Below are positions 1-8,474 of a stretch of 64,000 nucleotides of DNA, piece by piece. Position 1 is the first letter of the stretch. Every line of letters starts with the position of its first letter. The stretch lies in the IMG/VR virus record IMGVR_UViG_3300040801_001224, positions 124,001 to 188,000 of that record; one strand, 5' to 3'. The notes under the pieces were generated by a model. The model was not told the DNA's origin and made no database searches. It worked only from the letters and a program-made list of their open reading frames with translations. Both the position numbers and the translations under genes were made by a program.

Positions 1-69
1 ATGAGAGAATTTATAGAAGAAAGTAGCCTTTCGGAAGAATACCGAAAGCATAAGATGGTAAATACCTTA

Positions 70-457
70 AAGAAATAAGGCGTTCGGATAAGGGCTGGTA
101 TCCCGGAGAACTCACTGGCTGAAGAAGCTATAGACCTCCTTAAGTGCCATTGCGTAAAGCATAAATCAGTTCGCCGTTTTAATTCGATGAAGTAATTTAA
201 TGATACTGTGGACGCCAGTTCGAATCTGGCCATCTCCACCAAATCTATGGGGATGAATTAGGTTTCGACAGGGTATACTGAGAATTATGGAGAATCAGTC
301 AATGCTAAAGGCTGTGAGGATTGGGAGTAACACCTTTAATGGTGCTCGGTCGAAGAAGCAAAAAAATAATTGAAAATGATGAAATTTTCGCATTAGCGGC
401 ATAGACCGTTAACGGGGTTTTACACCGTCTTCCTTGTTATCAAAAGACGGTGTCTTT
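70..457 (+). ncRNA. ssrA: Circularly permuted (two-piece) tmRNA; the 5' boundary is uncertain and the well-supported core is about 192-457
   Basis: T-arm GCCAG-TTCGAAT-CTGGC, then CATCTCC-A-CCA ending at 241; 7-nt spacer; GGGGATG at 249 pairs with CATCTCC, giving the G3:U alanine identity pair; D-loop AATTAGGTTTCGAC; tag ORF; terminal hairpin 422-453. Confidence 0.92.
372..404 (+). other. tmRNA proteolysis tag reading frame (A)ENDEIFALAA*
   Basis: AAATAATT context, then GAA AAT GAT GAA ATT TTC GCA TTA GCG GCA TAG; resembles ANDENYALAA. Confidence 0.9.
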
Positions 458-1096
458 ATGTATGCTATAGTGTTGGCGTAACCCGTTCACTGACTTTTCT
501 TCTCCGCAAATAATACAAGAACATTTTATTCTGCTACTATTATTTTTAGAAATTTTTTCTCTGGTAGTTTTGGATAATTTTCTTCCCTTCCCTTGCCCAG
601 TGCGATCTATGTTTCTTATCTTCGGGTCATGCATTGGGTTGTTGTTTTTTAATCGTTCCGAAGCTTGCCGGCGTTGTTCGTTAGTCCATTCGTACCCTCC
701 ACCACCTGGTCTAGATACTCCTTTATTTGACTCAGATATTTTTCTTTTGTGTTCTTCAGAAAAAGATCGTCCAGTATTGGCCTGACTTATTGTTTTTTTG
801 TGTTCGTCAGATATTACCCTCGGTCCACCATCTGTTCCGTTTTCTATAGCAAGATTTGCCCATTCTTTTGATTCTACGATTTGGTTTAGCTTTGAAAAAA
901 GTGTAGAAAATCTTTTTAGCTTTTCTAAGCTTTTGAATTCCTTATACCACAAGGTATCGATAAATTTGCCGTGTTTCTTGATGTGACGTAACCAGTATTT
1001 GCCCGATCCGGCATATTTAGTCGGCTCATTTTTTGTCTTGCCGAAATATTTGAGCCCGGTTTTCTGGTGCTGTTTTATATATAGATAAATACTCAT
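440..1096 (-). CDS. Free-standing GIY-YIG homing endonuclease with NUMOD3 repeats
   Basis: IYLYIKQH...LKYFGKT...YAGSGKYW; repeated SEEHKRKISES; AGGAG RBS places the start at 1096 rather than 1138. Confidence 0.85.
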   Translation of the reverse strand: MSIYLYIKQHQKTGLKYFGKTKNEPTKYAGSGKYWLRHIKKHGKFIDTLWYKEFKSLEKLKRFSTLFSKLNQIVESKEWANLAIENGTDGGPRVISDEHKKTISQANTGRSFSEEHKRKISESNKGVSRPGGGGYEWTNEQRRQASERLKNNNPMHDPKIRNIDRTGQGKGRKLSKTTREKISKNNSSRIKCSCIICGEEKSVNGLRQHYSIHKDTVF

Positions 1097-1164
1097 GCTG
1101 ATACTCCTATTCAGTATTAGAGTAGTCGGATACGCCAATATCGCGGACTACATTTTTATTTATC
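1097..1164 (-). promoter_or_regulatory. Late promoter plus two-hairpin leader of the endonuclease gene
   Basis: GATAAATA on - strand at 1157-1164; stems GTAGTC/GACTAC and CTAATACT/AGTATCAG, the second overlapping the AGGAG RBS. Confidence 0.6.
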
Positions 1165-1171
1165 ATTTTAC

Positions 1172-1200
1172 TTGACATTTAACGATTTCATTGCTATAAT
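1172..1200 (+). promoter_or_regulatory. sigma70 promoter (leaderless start at 1207)
   Basis: TTGACA-17-TATAAT. Confidence 0.85.
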
Positions 1201-1206
1201 AGATCT

Positions 1207-1470
1207 ATGACTGATAAAATTTTTTATATGACCGAAATAGAGCCCCATGGATGGATAGTTACTTCTACAAAAGATGACCTCTTAGAAATAGACTACGAAA
1301 TGTCTAAAGATGGCAGAGGCTTTAGTAACACCCCAGCAGTTGAAGTTCGTCGTAGACCAGGGCATAGCATACCGGATAAATACAAACGGGCATTCTTTGA
1401 ATTAGATATTCTTTATTCTAGGTTTATTTATATTGCAGAAAACTGTGTTCCGTGGTTGGAAAAAGTTTAA
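1207..1470 (+). CDS. Hypothetical protein
   Basis: 87-aa ORF 6 nt after a consensus -10 box. Confidence 0.7.
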   Translation: MTDKIFYMTEIEPHGWIVTSTKDDLLEIDYEMSKDGRGFSNTPAVEVRRRPGHSIPDKYKRAFFELDILYSRFIYIAENCVPWLEKV

Positions 1471-1521
1471 CATGCTTTAGCGGGGTTTCAAGGGCACCTG
1501 GCAACAGAAGCCCTTTCTTTT
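1471..1521 (+). repeat. Second, displaced copy of a tmRNA coding-piece 3' tail
   Basis: CGGGGTTT + stem AAGGGC/GCCCTT with loop ACCTGGCAACAGAA parallels CGGGGTTT + stem with loop CCTTGTTATCAA at 413-453. Confidence 0.6.
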
Positions 1522-1555
1522 ATAAAGGAAGATAAATACTATTAACGTTTATTTT

Positions 1556-1581
1556 AATAGGGCGTTACGCCCTATTTTTTT
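1556..1581 (+). terminator. Rho-independent terminator-like hairpin
   Basis: AATAGGGCG-TTA-CGCCCTATT followed by a T run. Confidence 0.6.
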
Positions 1582-1592
1582 AAGGAAACATT

Positions 1593-2045
1593 ATGAGACT
1601 CAATGAATTAAAGGGCCAAACAATTCACCAAAAAGTAGACAATTTTATAACATCTGTTAGTGAACAGTATGGCACATCATGGTTATTTGACACACACGTA
1701 TCTAATAGAATGTGGACACGTGGTGATGGCAAACGTTATAAAGAATTATCGAGAATTACGTCATTTTTCAATACTGACCAAATAAAGACCAGAGCGCCTA
1801 AAGATTTAAAGGATCTACCAGATGAAATACAAGATACGCCGGGTGTTATAGACTTACTTTGGAAAGAAATCGAATCTAAAGGCAAGCACGTAGGTCAGTT
1901 GTCAGACGAGTTTCCAAGTATCCCACGTGGTGATTGCTATGTATTAGATAAGGTGTTATATGTACGTAGAGGTGGTATAGACATCATACAGTATGGTTCA
2001 CTTGGACGCCTTAAAAATTCTGAAGTTTGGAATACTAAAAAATGA
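1593..2045 (+). CDS. Putative head-internal protein (MRLNEL tag)
   Basis: Late promoter at 1531; shared N-terminal motif. Confidence 0.7.
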   Translation: MRLNELKGQTIHQKVDNFITSVSEQYGTSWLFDTHVSNRMWTRGDGKRYKELSRITSFFNTDQIKTRAPKDLKDLPDEIQDTPGVIDLLWKEIESKGKHVGQLSDEFPSIPRGDCYVLDKVLYVRRGGIDIIQYGSLGRLKNSEVWNTKK

Positions 2046-3145
2046 GGCTATTTGAACTAACAAATCCACCAGCTAAAACTAAGACTATTACATTCACCTT
2101 TGGTAGAATGAATCCGCCCACGGTAGGTCACGGTAAGTTAATTCAAAAAGTAATGGACGTTGCGGGCGGTGAAGAATTTGTTATCATCCCAACAAAGACT
2201 CAAGACAAGAAAAAGAACCCATTATCATTTGAACAAAAAGTTCACTTCCTTAATGAAATGTTTCCATTAGTTGAAGGTCACATTGCTTTAGACTCAAACA
2301 TTAAAACTGTATTTGACGCAATGAAATCATTTGATGCGGCAGGTGTTAAGCAAGTGACGATGGTTGTAGGTGATGATCGTGTAGCACAGTTTGATAAACT
2401 ACTAAATAGCTACAACGGTAAAGAATACAACTTTGACGCCATCAACATTGTGTCAGCAGGACAACGTGATCCAGACAGTGATGGCGTAGAAGGTATGTCA
2501 GCATCTAAAATGCGTGAAGCGGCTGTTAACGATGATTACGAAACATTCCAACAAGGCTTACCACAAGGCTTCGACGGACAGGAAATGTTCCAGGCAGTAA
2601 AGCAAGGCATGGGACTTACGGAAGGATATAAGGAAGAACCAACGCCACCGAAAGGCGGTAGAACAGGCCCGACAAACTCCACTGTTGCCAAACGTCAAAT
2701 GGCATATAAAGATGGCAAACTATCTAAAGGCTCCGGCTTAACGAAAGGCTGGACTCCTGAAGCAAAAGCTGAAAAAGCCGGATACCCACCTTCAAGCCCA
2801 CTGTATAAATATTTCTTACAAGGATTAAATGAAGCAGAAGAACATTGTAAAACATGTGGTGGCGAAGGCGTTGTATATTGGGATTATGACGATCCTGAAG
2901 TAGGCACTACAGTCAAAGCAACGGCACCATGCCCAGCTTGCTCTGTTACGGAAGCTAAAAAGCCAGTAAAATTAACAAAGCGTGAAAAAGACGCAATTGC
3001 CGACTGTAAGCGTCATGGCGTACCACTGCCTAGCTGGTTACATGACAAAGTAAAATCATTAGAAGAAGACGCAGACAACAAAGAAGCAGACCAGTATCGC
3101 AACTGGGGTCTTAAAGGAAAATTCATCTATTCCGGTTGGGGCTAA
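2042..3145 (+). CDS. HxGH-class cytidylyl/adenylyltransferase-like protein with appended small modules
   Basis: FGRMNPPTVGH, VVGDDR, SAGQRDPD, MSASKMR; MRLFEL N-terminus; CxxC..CPxC module near the C-terminus. Confidence 0.85.
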   Translation: MRLFELTNPPAKTKTITFTFGRMNPPTVGHGKLIQKVMDVAGGEEFVIIPTKTQDKKKNPLSFEQKVHFLNEMFPLVEGHIALDSNIKTVFDAMKSFDAAGVKQVTMVVGDDRVAQFDKLLNSYNGKEYNFDAINIVSAGQRDPDSDGVEGMSASKMREAAVNDDYETFQQGLPQGFDGQEMFQAVKQGMGLTEGYKEEPTPPKGGRTGPTNSTVAKRQMAYKDGKLSKGSGLTKGWTPEAKAEKAGYPPSSPLYKYFLQGLNEAEEHCKTCGGEGVVYWDYDDPEVGTTVKATAPCPACSVTEAKKPVKLTKREKDAIADCKRHGVPLPSWLHDKVKSLEEDADNKEADQYRNWGLKGKFIYSGWG

Positions 3146-3154
3146 AATAAAAGG

Positions 3155-3183
3155 TTGACACTACCACATTTATCCTGTATACT
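3155..3183 (+). promoter_or_regulatory. sigma70 promoter
   Basis: TTGACA-17-TATACT. Confidence 0.8.
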
Positions 3184-3211
3184 GTAACACACTATAGTAA
3201 CGGAGGGATAA

Positions 3212-3757
3212 ATGAATACACCCAAGCAAGAAAACATTGTTAATACAGTACTCAGAGTACGCAATCCCGAGGGTCTAAAGGACCTGCAACAAAACATTGA
3301 TATCGCAATCCATAATATTTATGAAAACCGGGCGGTTATGGTTGCCGATTTCCGTAAAGAATTATTCGCAAATAAAGTAAGTAATGAATATTTTAGTAAC
3401 TGGAACATGTCTGAAGATGGCACTGTGACGGTAAAACAGAAAAGTCCAAAGAAGCCACCATCTAGTGGCCCATTTAATGCTGTGACACAAGATTATAGCT
3501 ATGACATAAAAGAATATAATAATTTAATACGCTATGCTTATAGAAAGGTGATAGGCAACTTACAAAACGCAAAGCGTTCAGTTGATATGGCAATTAAATA
3601 TGACGGTGAAGTAGATATCCCTGGTGATGTGCTAAATAACATTGAGTTCTTTGGAAACGAACCAGAGAGCAGAAAGAAAGTGAAAGATTTCGGTGAGAGA
3701 GCCGTAAGTAAATTTTTTAAGAATCGTACTAATAGAAATAAAACCCAAGCTTGGTAA
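3212..3757 (+). CDS. Hypothetical protein
   Basis: 181-aa ORF with GGAGG RBS. Confidence 0.75.
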   Translation: MNTPKQENIVNTVLRVRNPEGLKDLQQNIDIAIHNIYENRAVMVADFRKELFANKVSNEYFSNWNMSEDGTVTVKQKSPKKPPSSGPFNAVTQDYSYDIKEYNNLIRYAYRKVIGNLQNAKRSVDMAIKYDGEVDIPGDVLNNIEFFGNEPESRKKVKDFGERAVSKFFKNRTNRNKTQAW

Positions 3758-3767
3758 GGAAAATATA

Positions 3768-4901
3768 ATGGCTAAGGCTAAAGCAAAACGAGTTAAATTA
3801 ACCAACGCATTCCGTTGTGATAACTTAAAGTTGGATAGCAAAACATACGACTTTGACTTAGAAACGGCATTGTATAAGATCCACTATAACATGTCCAACA
3901 AAGACATCACTAAGGAAGCAGTCACTTATGCCAAGCAGATGAAAGAGTATAAGAAAGTGCCTTTCAGCATGGTTAGTGATTATGACTTCCGGGTTGTGGG
4001 AAAATATTTAACTGTCCTTAACCGTGGTGGGGAACTCAAGCCAGACACACTTGAGCGTATCCTTAAGATGCTTGCCGAACTTGCGGAAAAAGCAAAGCGA
4101 ATTTCAGCAGAGAAGAAAGCGGCAGAAAAGGCGGCAGAAGAAGCCAAGGGTAAAGTGAAGGTGCTCAGTATTCAGGATCGCCTACGTATGCGAGCTGAAG
4201 AAGTTGCCGGTGAAGAATTCGAAGGCTTAGTTGATGAATTAGTGACTGATCCCAAGTCCTTTGATCTTAAAAAGTTTGACCCAGTTGGCAAGATGCACCT
4301 GAATGAACTCAAGCAAGGACACTTGCGCTACATAATTAAAATGTATGAACCTCAGATTAAAGAGCTTGAAGAATTCCTGGAAGGCAATGATCCTGACTTA
4401 AAAGAAGGCTATTCATACTTGGGCAGAACTGGTGCTAAGAAGCTTATCAAGTTTTATCAAGCTATTGCTGATGGCGCAAACATGATTATCACTAAGTCCA
4501 AAGCCACACGTAAGCCACGCAAGAAAGCGGCAAAGCCGGCTGATAAAGTTATTGAGAAACTAAAGTATAAGAAGGATGATCAAGCACTCAAGATCGCAAG
4601 TGTCAATCCTATTGACATACTTGGCGCCAAAGAAGTCTGGGTTTATAACACCAAACAACGCAAGGTTGGGGTATATAAGGCTTTTGATGAAACTGGCTTG
4701 TATGTTAAGGGAACATCAATTACAAACTTTTCCAAAGACAATAGTAAGCAGAGAACGCTACGCAAACCACAAACACAGTTGCGTGAATTCAAAGGTACCA
4801 CTGCCAAATTAAATAAGGCGTTCAACGCTATCACAACAGTTGATACGAAATTGACTGGTCGAATGAATGATCAGATCATTATATTGAGGATATTCAAATG
4901 A
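3768..4901 (+). CDS. Conserved phage hypothetical protein (basic)
   Basis: 377 aa; C-terminal WVYNTKQRK..VKGTSI..RTLRKP..GRMN pattern seen in T4-like phages. Confidence 0.75.
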   Translation: MAKAKAKRVKLTNAFRCDNLKLDSKTYDFDLETALYKIHYNMSNKDITKEAVTYAKQMKEYKKVPFSMVSDYDFRVVGKYLTVLNRGGELKPDTLERILKMLAELAEKAKRISAEKKAAEKAAEEAKGKVKVLSIQDRLRMRAEEVAGEEFEGLVDELVTDPKSFDLKKFDPVGKMHLNELKQGHLRYIIKMYEPQIKELEEFLEGNDPDLKEGYSYLGRTGAKKLIKFYQAIADGANMIITKSKATRKPRKKAAKPADKVIEKLKYKKDDQALKIASVNPIDILGAKEVWVYNTKQRKVGVYKAFDETGLYVKGTSITNFSKDNSKQRTLRKPQTQLREFKGTTAKLNKAFNAITTVDTKLTGRMNDQIIILRIFK

Positions 4902-5176
4902 GCAATGATTTAGACGATCTTTCTAAGGCTATTGCTCGTGGAATCTCCGGTGGCGTTATGGGTGTACTGTTTGTCTTTGGTATAGCTTTTCTCATCATTG
5001 GCGTTATTTCCAGTATGTTTACGTCTTATGATTCCACTGACGATGAACGCAACGGTGTTCGGTCTGGCTTAGTACTACACATAGATCACGGTACTGGCTG
5101 TCAATATTTGAGTAAACCAGGCGCAGGTTTGACCCCACGATTAGATGATCGTGGCGAACAGATCTGTGATAAATAA
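4898..5176 (+). CDS. Small membrane-anchored protein
   Basis: One TM helix; DHGTGCQYL...GLTPRLD motif. Confidence 0.7.
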   Translation: MSNDLDDLSKAIARGISGGVMGVLFVFGIAFLIIGVISSMFTSYDSTDDERNGVRSGLVLHIDHGTGCQYLSKPGAGLTPRLDDRGEQICDK

Positions 5177-5182
5177 TTTGCT

Positions 5183-5302
5183 ATGGATATATTTGGAATA
5201 ATATTAATGTCAATAATTTTGTCTGTTCTTGTTGTAGGGCTGTGGTGGTCTTTATACGAGATGGGTAAACTGGAAAAGGACGATAATTCTTCAGAAGAGT
5301 AG
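5183..5302 (+). CDS. 39-aa membrane peptide (absent from the ORF track)
   Basis: MDIFGIILMSIILSVLVVGLWWSLYEMGK..., 7 nt after GATAAATA at 5168. Confidence 0.55.
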   Translation: MDIFGIILMSIILSVLVVGLWWSLYEMGKLEKDDNSSEE

Positions 5303-5328
5303 ATAAATACTACAAACGGAGAATTATT

Positions 5329-6081
5329 ATGTCAGCAACACCAGAGCCAAGAACAGAGATTATTAATCAGGTCAAACTGCTATTAGCAGATCAGATGATT
5401 GATCTAGAAGCAGATCCTGAACACTACAATCTTGCTATTGACATGGCTATTGAAAAGCTACGTCAAGCATCTGACGGAGCAAACGAAGAAGCAAATCTAT
5501 TCTTCACTCTTCAGCCAGAACAGACAGAGTACACATTGCCGGACGAAGTACAAAACATCAGACGTCTATACAGACGCGGTGTAGGTGCTAATACTACTGG
5601 CGGCACAAACTTTGATCCATTCGAAGCGGCATTTAGTAACATATATTTGCTACAGGCTGGACGTACCGGTGGCCTTGCTACGTGGGATTTATTTGCCCAG
5701 TTCCAGGAGTCAATTGGTCGTGTGTTTGGATCTGAAATTAATTTTACGTGGAACCCTTCAACTAAAAAGCTAAAGATTATACGTCGAATTCAACATGAAG
5801 AAGATATTAGTATTTTAGCATACATACAAAAGCCAGAACATGTAATGATACGTGACCCTTACATGCGTCCCTGGATACGTGATTACGCTAAAGCACAAGT
5901 TAAAATGATGGTTGGTGAAGCACGTAGCAAGTTCACAGGCGGTTTACCAGGACCAAACGGCAACGTAATCCTTAATGGTGCTGACTTAAAGAACGAAGCC
6001 ATCCAAGAAATTGAAGTATTAGAACAACAACTAAGAGATATTGTAACTGGTGATGCAGGTTACGCATTCTTAATAGGATAA
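5329..6081 (+). CDS. Neck/head-tail connector protein (T4 gp13-like)
   Basis: WIRDYAKA..K..GEARSKF..LPGPNG.V.LNG..LK.EA..E pattern; late promoter at 5302. Confidence 0.8.
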   Translation: MSATPEPRTEIINQVKLLLADQMIDLEADPEHYNLAIDMAIEKLRQASDGANEEANLFFTLQPEQTEYTLPDEVQNIRRLYRRGVGANTTGGTNFDPFEAAFSNIYLLQAGRTGGLATWDLFAQFQESIGRVFGSEINFTWNPSTKKLKIIRRIQHEEDISILAYIQKPEHVMIRDPYMRPWIRDYAKAQVKMMVGEARSKFTGGLPGPNGNVILNGADLKNEAIQEIEVLEQQLRDIVTGDAGYAFLIG

Positions 6082-6087
6082 AATGTT

Positions 6088-6555
6088 ATGACGCCTTTCG
6101 AAATAGTAATGGTAATATTAGGCGTAATTGGTGCTATAGCAACAATTGTTAACCTTTATATTGCGTGGCAAAGACGCCAGAAAGACTGGATTAAAAAGAA
6201 TTATATCTCTGTTGAAGATTTCAATAAATTCACAGATAGCTATGTTAGTAAAGAGGAATATGAAGATAATCGTCGTGTAGACCAACGCGATATTAAACGT
6301 AACGCATATGACATTGCTAAATTAGAACAGGGTGAATATATAGCAAGCCAAGTAATCGACTACCAAGATGTTGATTTAACTGAAAAAAGCCAACAAGAAG
6401 ATGTTGCTATACTGAACCGCAATATGCGAGTAGCAGAACATGAATTCGTAATTGCTCAAAGTAAATTGAAGGATCACGAAACAGAAAAAGCACAGAAACA
6501 GTATGCTAAGAACATAGCAACTGAATTCAAGAAAGTTTGGCCTGACGCCGAATAA
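6088..6555 (+). CDS. N-terminal TM plus coiled-coil protein
   Basis: Hydrophobic first 27 aa, then helical charged region. Confidence 0.65.
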   Translation: MTPFEIVMVILGVIGAIATIVNLYIAWQRRQKDWIKKNYISVEDFNKFTDSYVSKEEYEDNRRVDQRDIKRNAYDIAKLEQGEYIASQVIDYQDVDLTEKSQQEDVAILNRNMRVAEHEFVIAQSKLKDHETEKAQKQYAKNIATEFKKVWPDAE

Positions 6556-6584
6556 AATAACACAGCAAAAGGACACAGTAACCG

Positions 6585-6905
6585 ATGATAACATTAACGG
6601 AAACTGCGATTGAAAAAGCTAAAGAACATTTGGAAGGCCGTGGTAACGGAGTGGGTATACGTTTCGGTGTCACTACCACTGGCTGTTCAGGTTTGGCGTA
6701 TATTATTGAGTTTTGTGATTCTGTACTTGATACTGATGTAGTACAAGAACAGGACGGCTTAAAACTTGTGATAGACAAGAAACACCTTGCGTACATTGAG
6801 GGTTCTAACGTCGACTACGTAAAAGAAGGCTTAAACGAAGGCTTCGAATTCTCTAACCCAAACATGAAAGCCGAGTGTGGCTGTGGAGAATCATTCACGG
6901 TATGA
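6585..6905 (+). CDS. iscA: A-type Fe-S cluster carrier IscA
   Basis: GCSGLAY and CGCGESF motifs. Confidence 0.95.
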   Translation: MITLTETAIEKAKEHLEGRGNGVGIRFGVTTTGCSGLAYIIEFCDSVLDTDVVQEQDGLKLVIDKKHLAYIEGSNVDYVKEGLNEGFEFSNPNMKAECGCGESFTV

Positions 6906-7555
6906 GATTACGAGAATTAATTACTGAAGGAAAAAATCACCCTGTCATCGTTGTAGACGTACAGCCTGAATATTCAGGAATCAATGATGGCTATGAAAAT
7001 CCTGTATTCGAGGAAATTATACAATTCGTAACCAATCAAACAGGCTCTGTTCTTATGTTTGTTAACGCAGAAGAAACGGGCGTATCAGGTGATACTATAG
7101 ACGGTATTAGGCAATACTGGGAAGATACGCTATGTGATCCAGATGATATGTACGATCCAGAAACAGACGAGTATCAAGAGTGCGATGCTATTAACTGGTC
7201 ACGCTTCGACATAGTAGACAAAGGCTACGGCTACTTCAGATCATATATGGATCAAGGTGTAAATGAAAAACACATTATTCGTCTTATCCGAAGTATGTAT
7301 CAGAACAAAGTATCTGACATTCGAGAGCTATACGAAACTGAAGAAGAGTTACAGGAATTCTTCGGTGACGCATATGAAGACTGGATGCCAGGAGAATCAT
7401 TTTCTGTAGAATGGACATCGGTAGCACAACTCAAAAAATTCAACGGAGCATACATAGTGGGTGGCGGAAGAACCGAATGCCTGCGAGAAGTAGAACTGCT
7501 CATGAATGCCTTTAATATCAAATACAAAAGAATAGATTCATTAGTCTACGGATAA
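6902..7555 (+). CDS. Isochorismatase/nicotinamidase-family cysteine hydrolase with MRLRELITE tag
   Basis: VIVVDVQ (Asp), DKGYG (Lys), GGGRTECL (Cys); ATGA overlap with iscA sets the start at 6902. Confidence 0.65.
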   Translation: MRLRELITEGKNHPVIVVDVQPEYSGINDGYENPVFEEIIQFVTNQTGSVLMFVNAEETGVSGDTIDGIRQYWEDTLCDPDDMYDPETDEYQECDAINWSRFDIVDKGYGYFRSYMDQGVNEKHIIRLIRSMYQNKVSDIRELYETEEELQEFFGDAYEDWMPGESFSVEWTSVAQLKKFNGAYIVGGGRTECLREVELLMNAFNIKYKRIDSLVYG

Positions 7556-7562
7556 AAATCAC

Positions 7563-7591
7563 TTGACATTTTCCTCCCTTTTTGCTATAAT
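7563..7591 (+). promoter_or_regulatory. sigma70 promoter
   Basis: TTGACA-17-TATAAT. Confidence 0.85.
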
Positions 7592-7620
7592 ATAGAATCT
7601 ATAAAAGGAGAATAATATCT

Positions 7621-8259
7621 ATGATCGTAGGAATACTTGGTCTCAAAGGCGCTGGCAAGGATACAATAGGCGATTATCTTGTTGAAAATTATGGTTTTGA
7701 AAAAGTAAGTTTTGCCTCAGCTCTTAAAGATGCCACTGCCGCCATTTTTGGTTGGGACAGAGATATGTTAGAAGGGAATACACCTGAAGCACGTGAACAG
7801 AGAGAACAACCTGACGAGTTTTGGTCAGAGAAGTTAGGATATGATTTTACACCACGTTACGCCTTACAGTACATTGGCACAGACGTAATGCGTAAGAACT
7901 TTTATGATGGTATTTGGATTGCGGCACTTGAAAAGAAACTATCAAACCCAGACAAAGACTATGTAATTACAGATGTGCGTTTCCCAAATGAAGTAACCTT
8001 ATTGAAGAATTTGGGTGCGACATTAGTGGAAGTACAGCGTGGTGAACAACCAGAATGGATGGAGTTAGCATCTAAAGCAAACGCTGGTGATAAAGACGCT
8101 CAGCATCAGATGTATATGAATTTCAAGGATGTTCACATCTCAGAATGGGCATGGGCCGGTTCAGACGTCAATGTTGTTATTCCCAATGATGAAACGTTTG
8201 AAGAATTATATGATAAAATTGAGGTTCAAGTTAAAGAGCCATTCTTTAACCAAGCGTAA
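7621..8259 (+). CDS. Deoxynucleoside monophosphate kinase
   Basis: GLKGAGKDT P-loop; PRYALQYIGTDVMR; ITDVRFPNE. Confidence 0.93.
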   Translation: MIVGILGLKGAGKDTIGDYLVENYGFEKVSFASALKDATAAIFGWDRDMLEGNTPEAREQREQPDEFWSEKLGYDFTPRYALQYIGTDVMRKNFYDGIWIAALEKKLSNPDKDYVITDVRFPNEVTLLKNLGATLVEVQRGEQPEWMELASKANAGDKDAQHQMYMNFKDVHISEWAWAGSDVNVVIPNDETFEELYDKIEVQVKEPFFNQA

Positions 8260-8474
8260 ACAGTTTTAGTCGTTACACCATATTTGACGGCAATATCTTT
8301 TACAGATAGGCCGTCATTTCTATCTTGTATAGCAGAATCCCTATCACCTTTTCTATTCTTTAAATTAGGCTTCCCCGTCTTAGAATCACTGATTTTTTTC
8401 TTAGTGACATCAGAATGTTTGCGACCAGCAAAGCCACTTGGTATTTTTTGTATGATAATAGGTTTTATATCCAT
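8226..8474 (-). CDS. NUMOD3 plus HTH DNA-binding protein with no nuclease domain
   Basis: GRKHSDVTKKKISDSKTG; LSVKDIAVKYGVTTKTVYAWL; late motif on - strand at 8483-8490. Confidence 0.65.
   Translation of the reverse strand: MDIKPIIIQKIPSGFAGRKHSDVTKKKISDSKTGKPNLKNRKGDRDSAIQDRNDGLSVKDIAVKYGVTTKTVYAWLKNGSLT

Noticed and set aside
1-78. Short ORF MREFIEESS...KK*
   Set aside because: Probably the 3' end of a gene cut by the window edge; it cannot be assigned.
205-275. tRNA-Ala gene or an att site at a tRNA 3' end
   Set aside because: There is no anticodon arm, the halves are in permuted order and lead into a tag ORF, and no integrase is present; tmRNA explains it.
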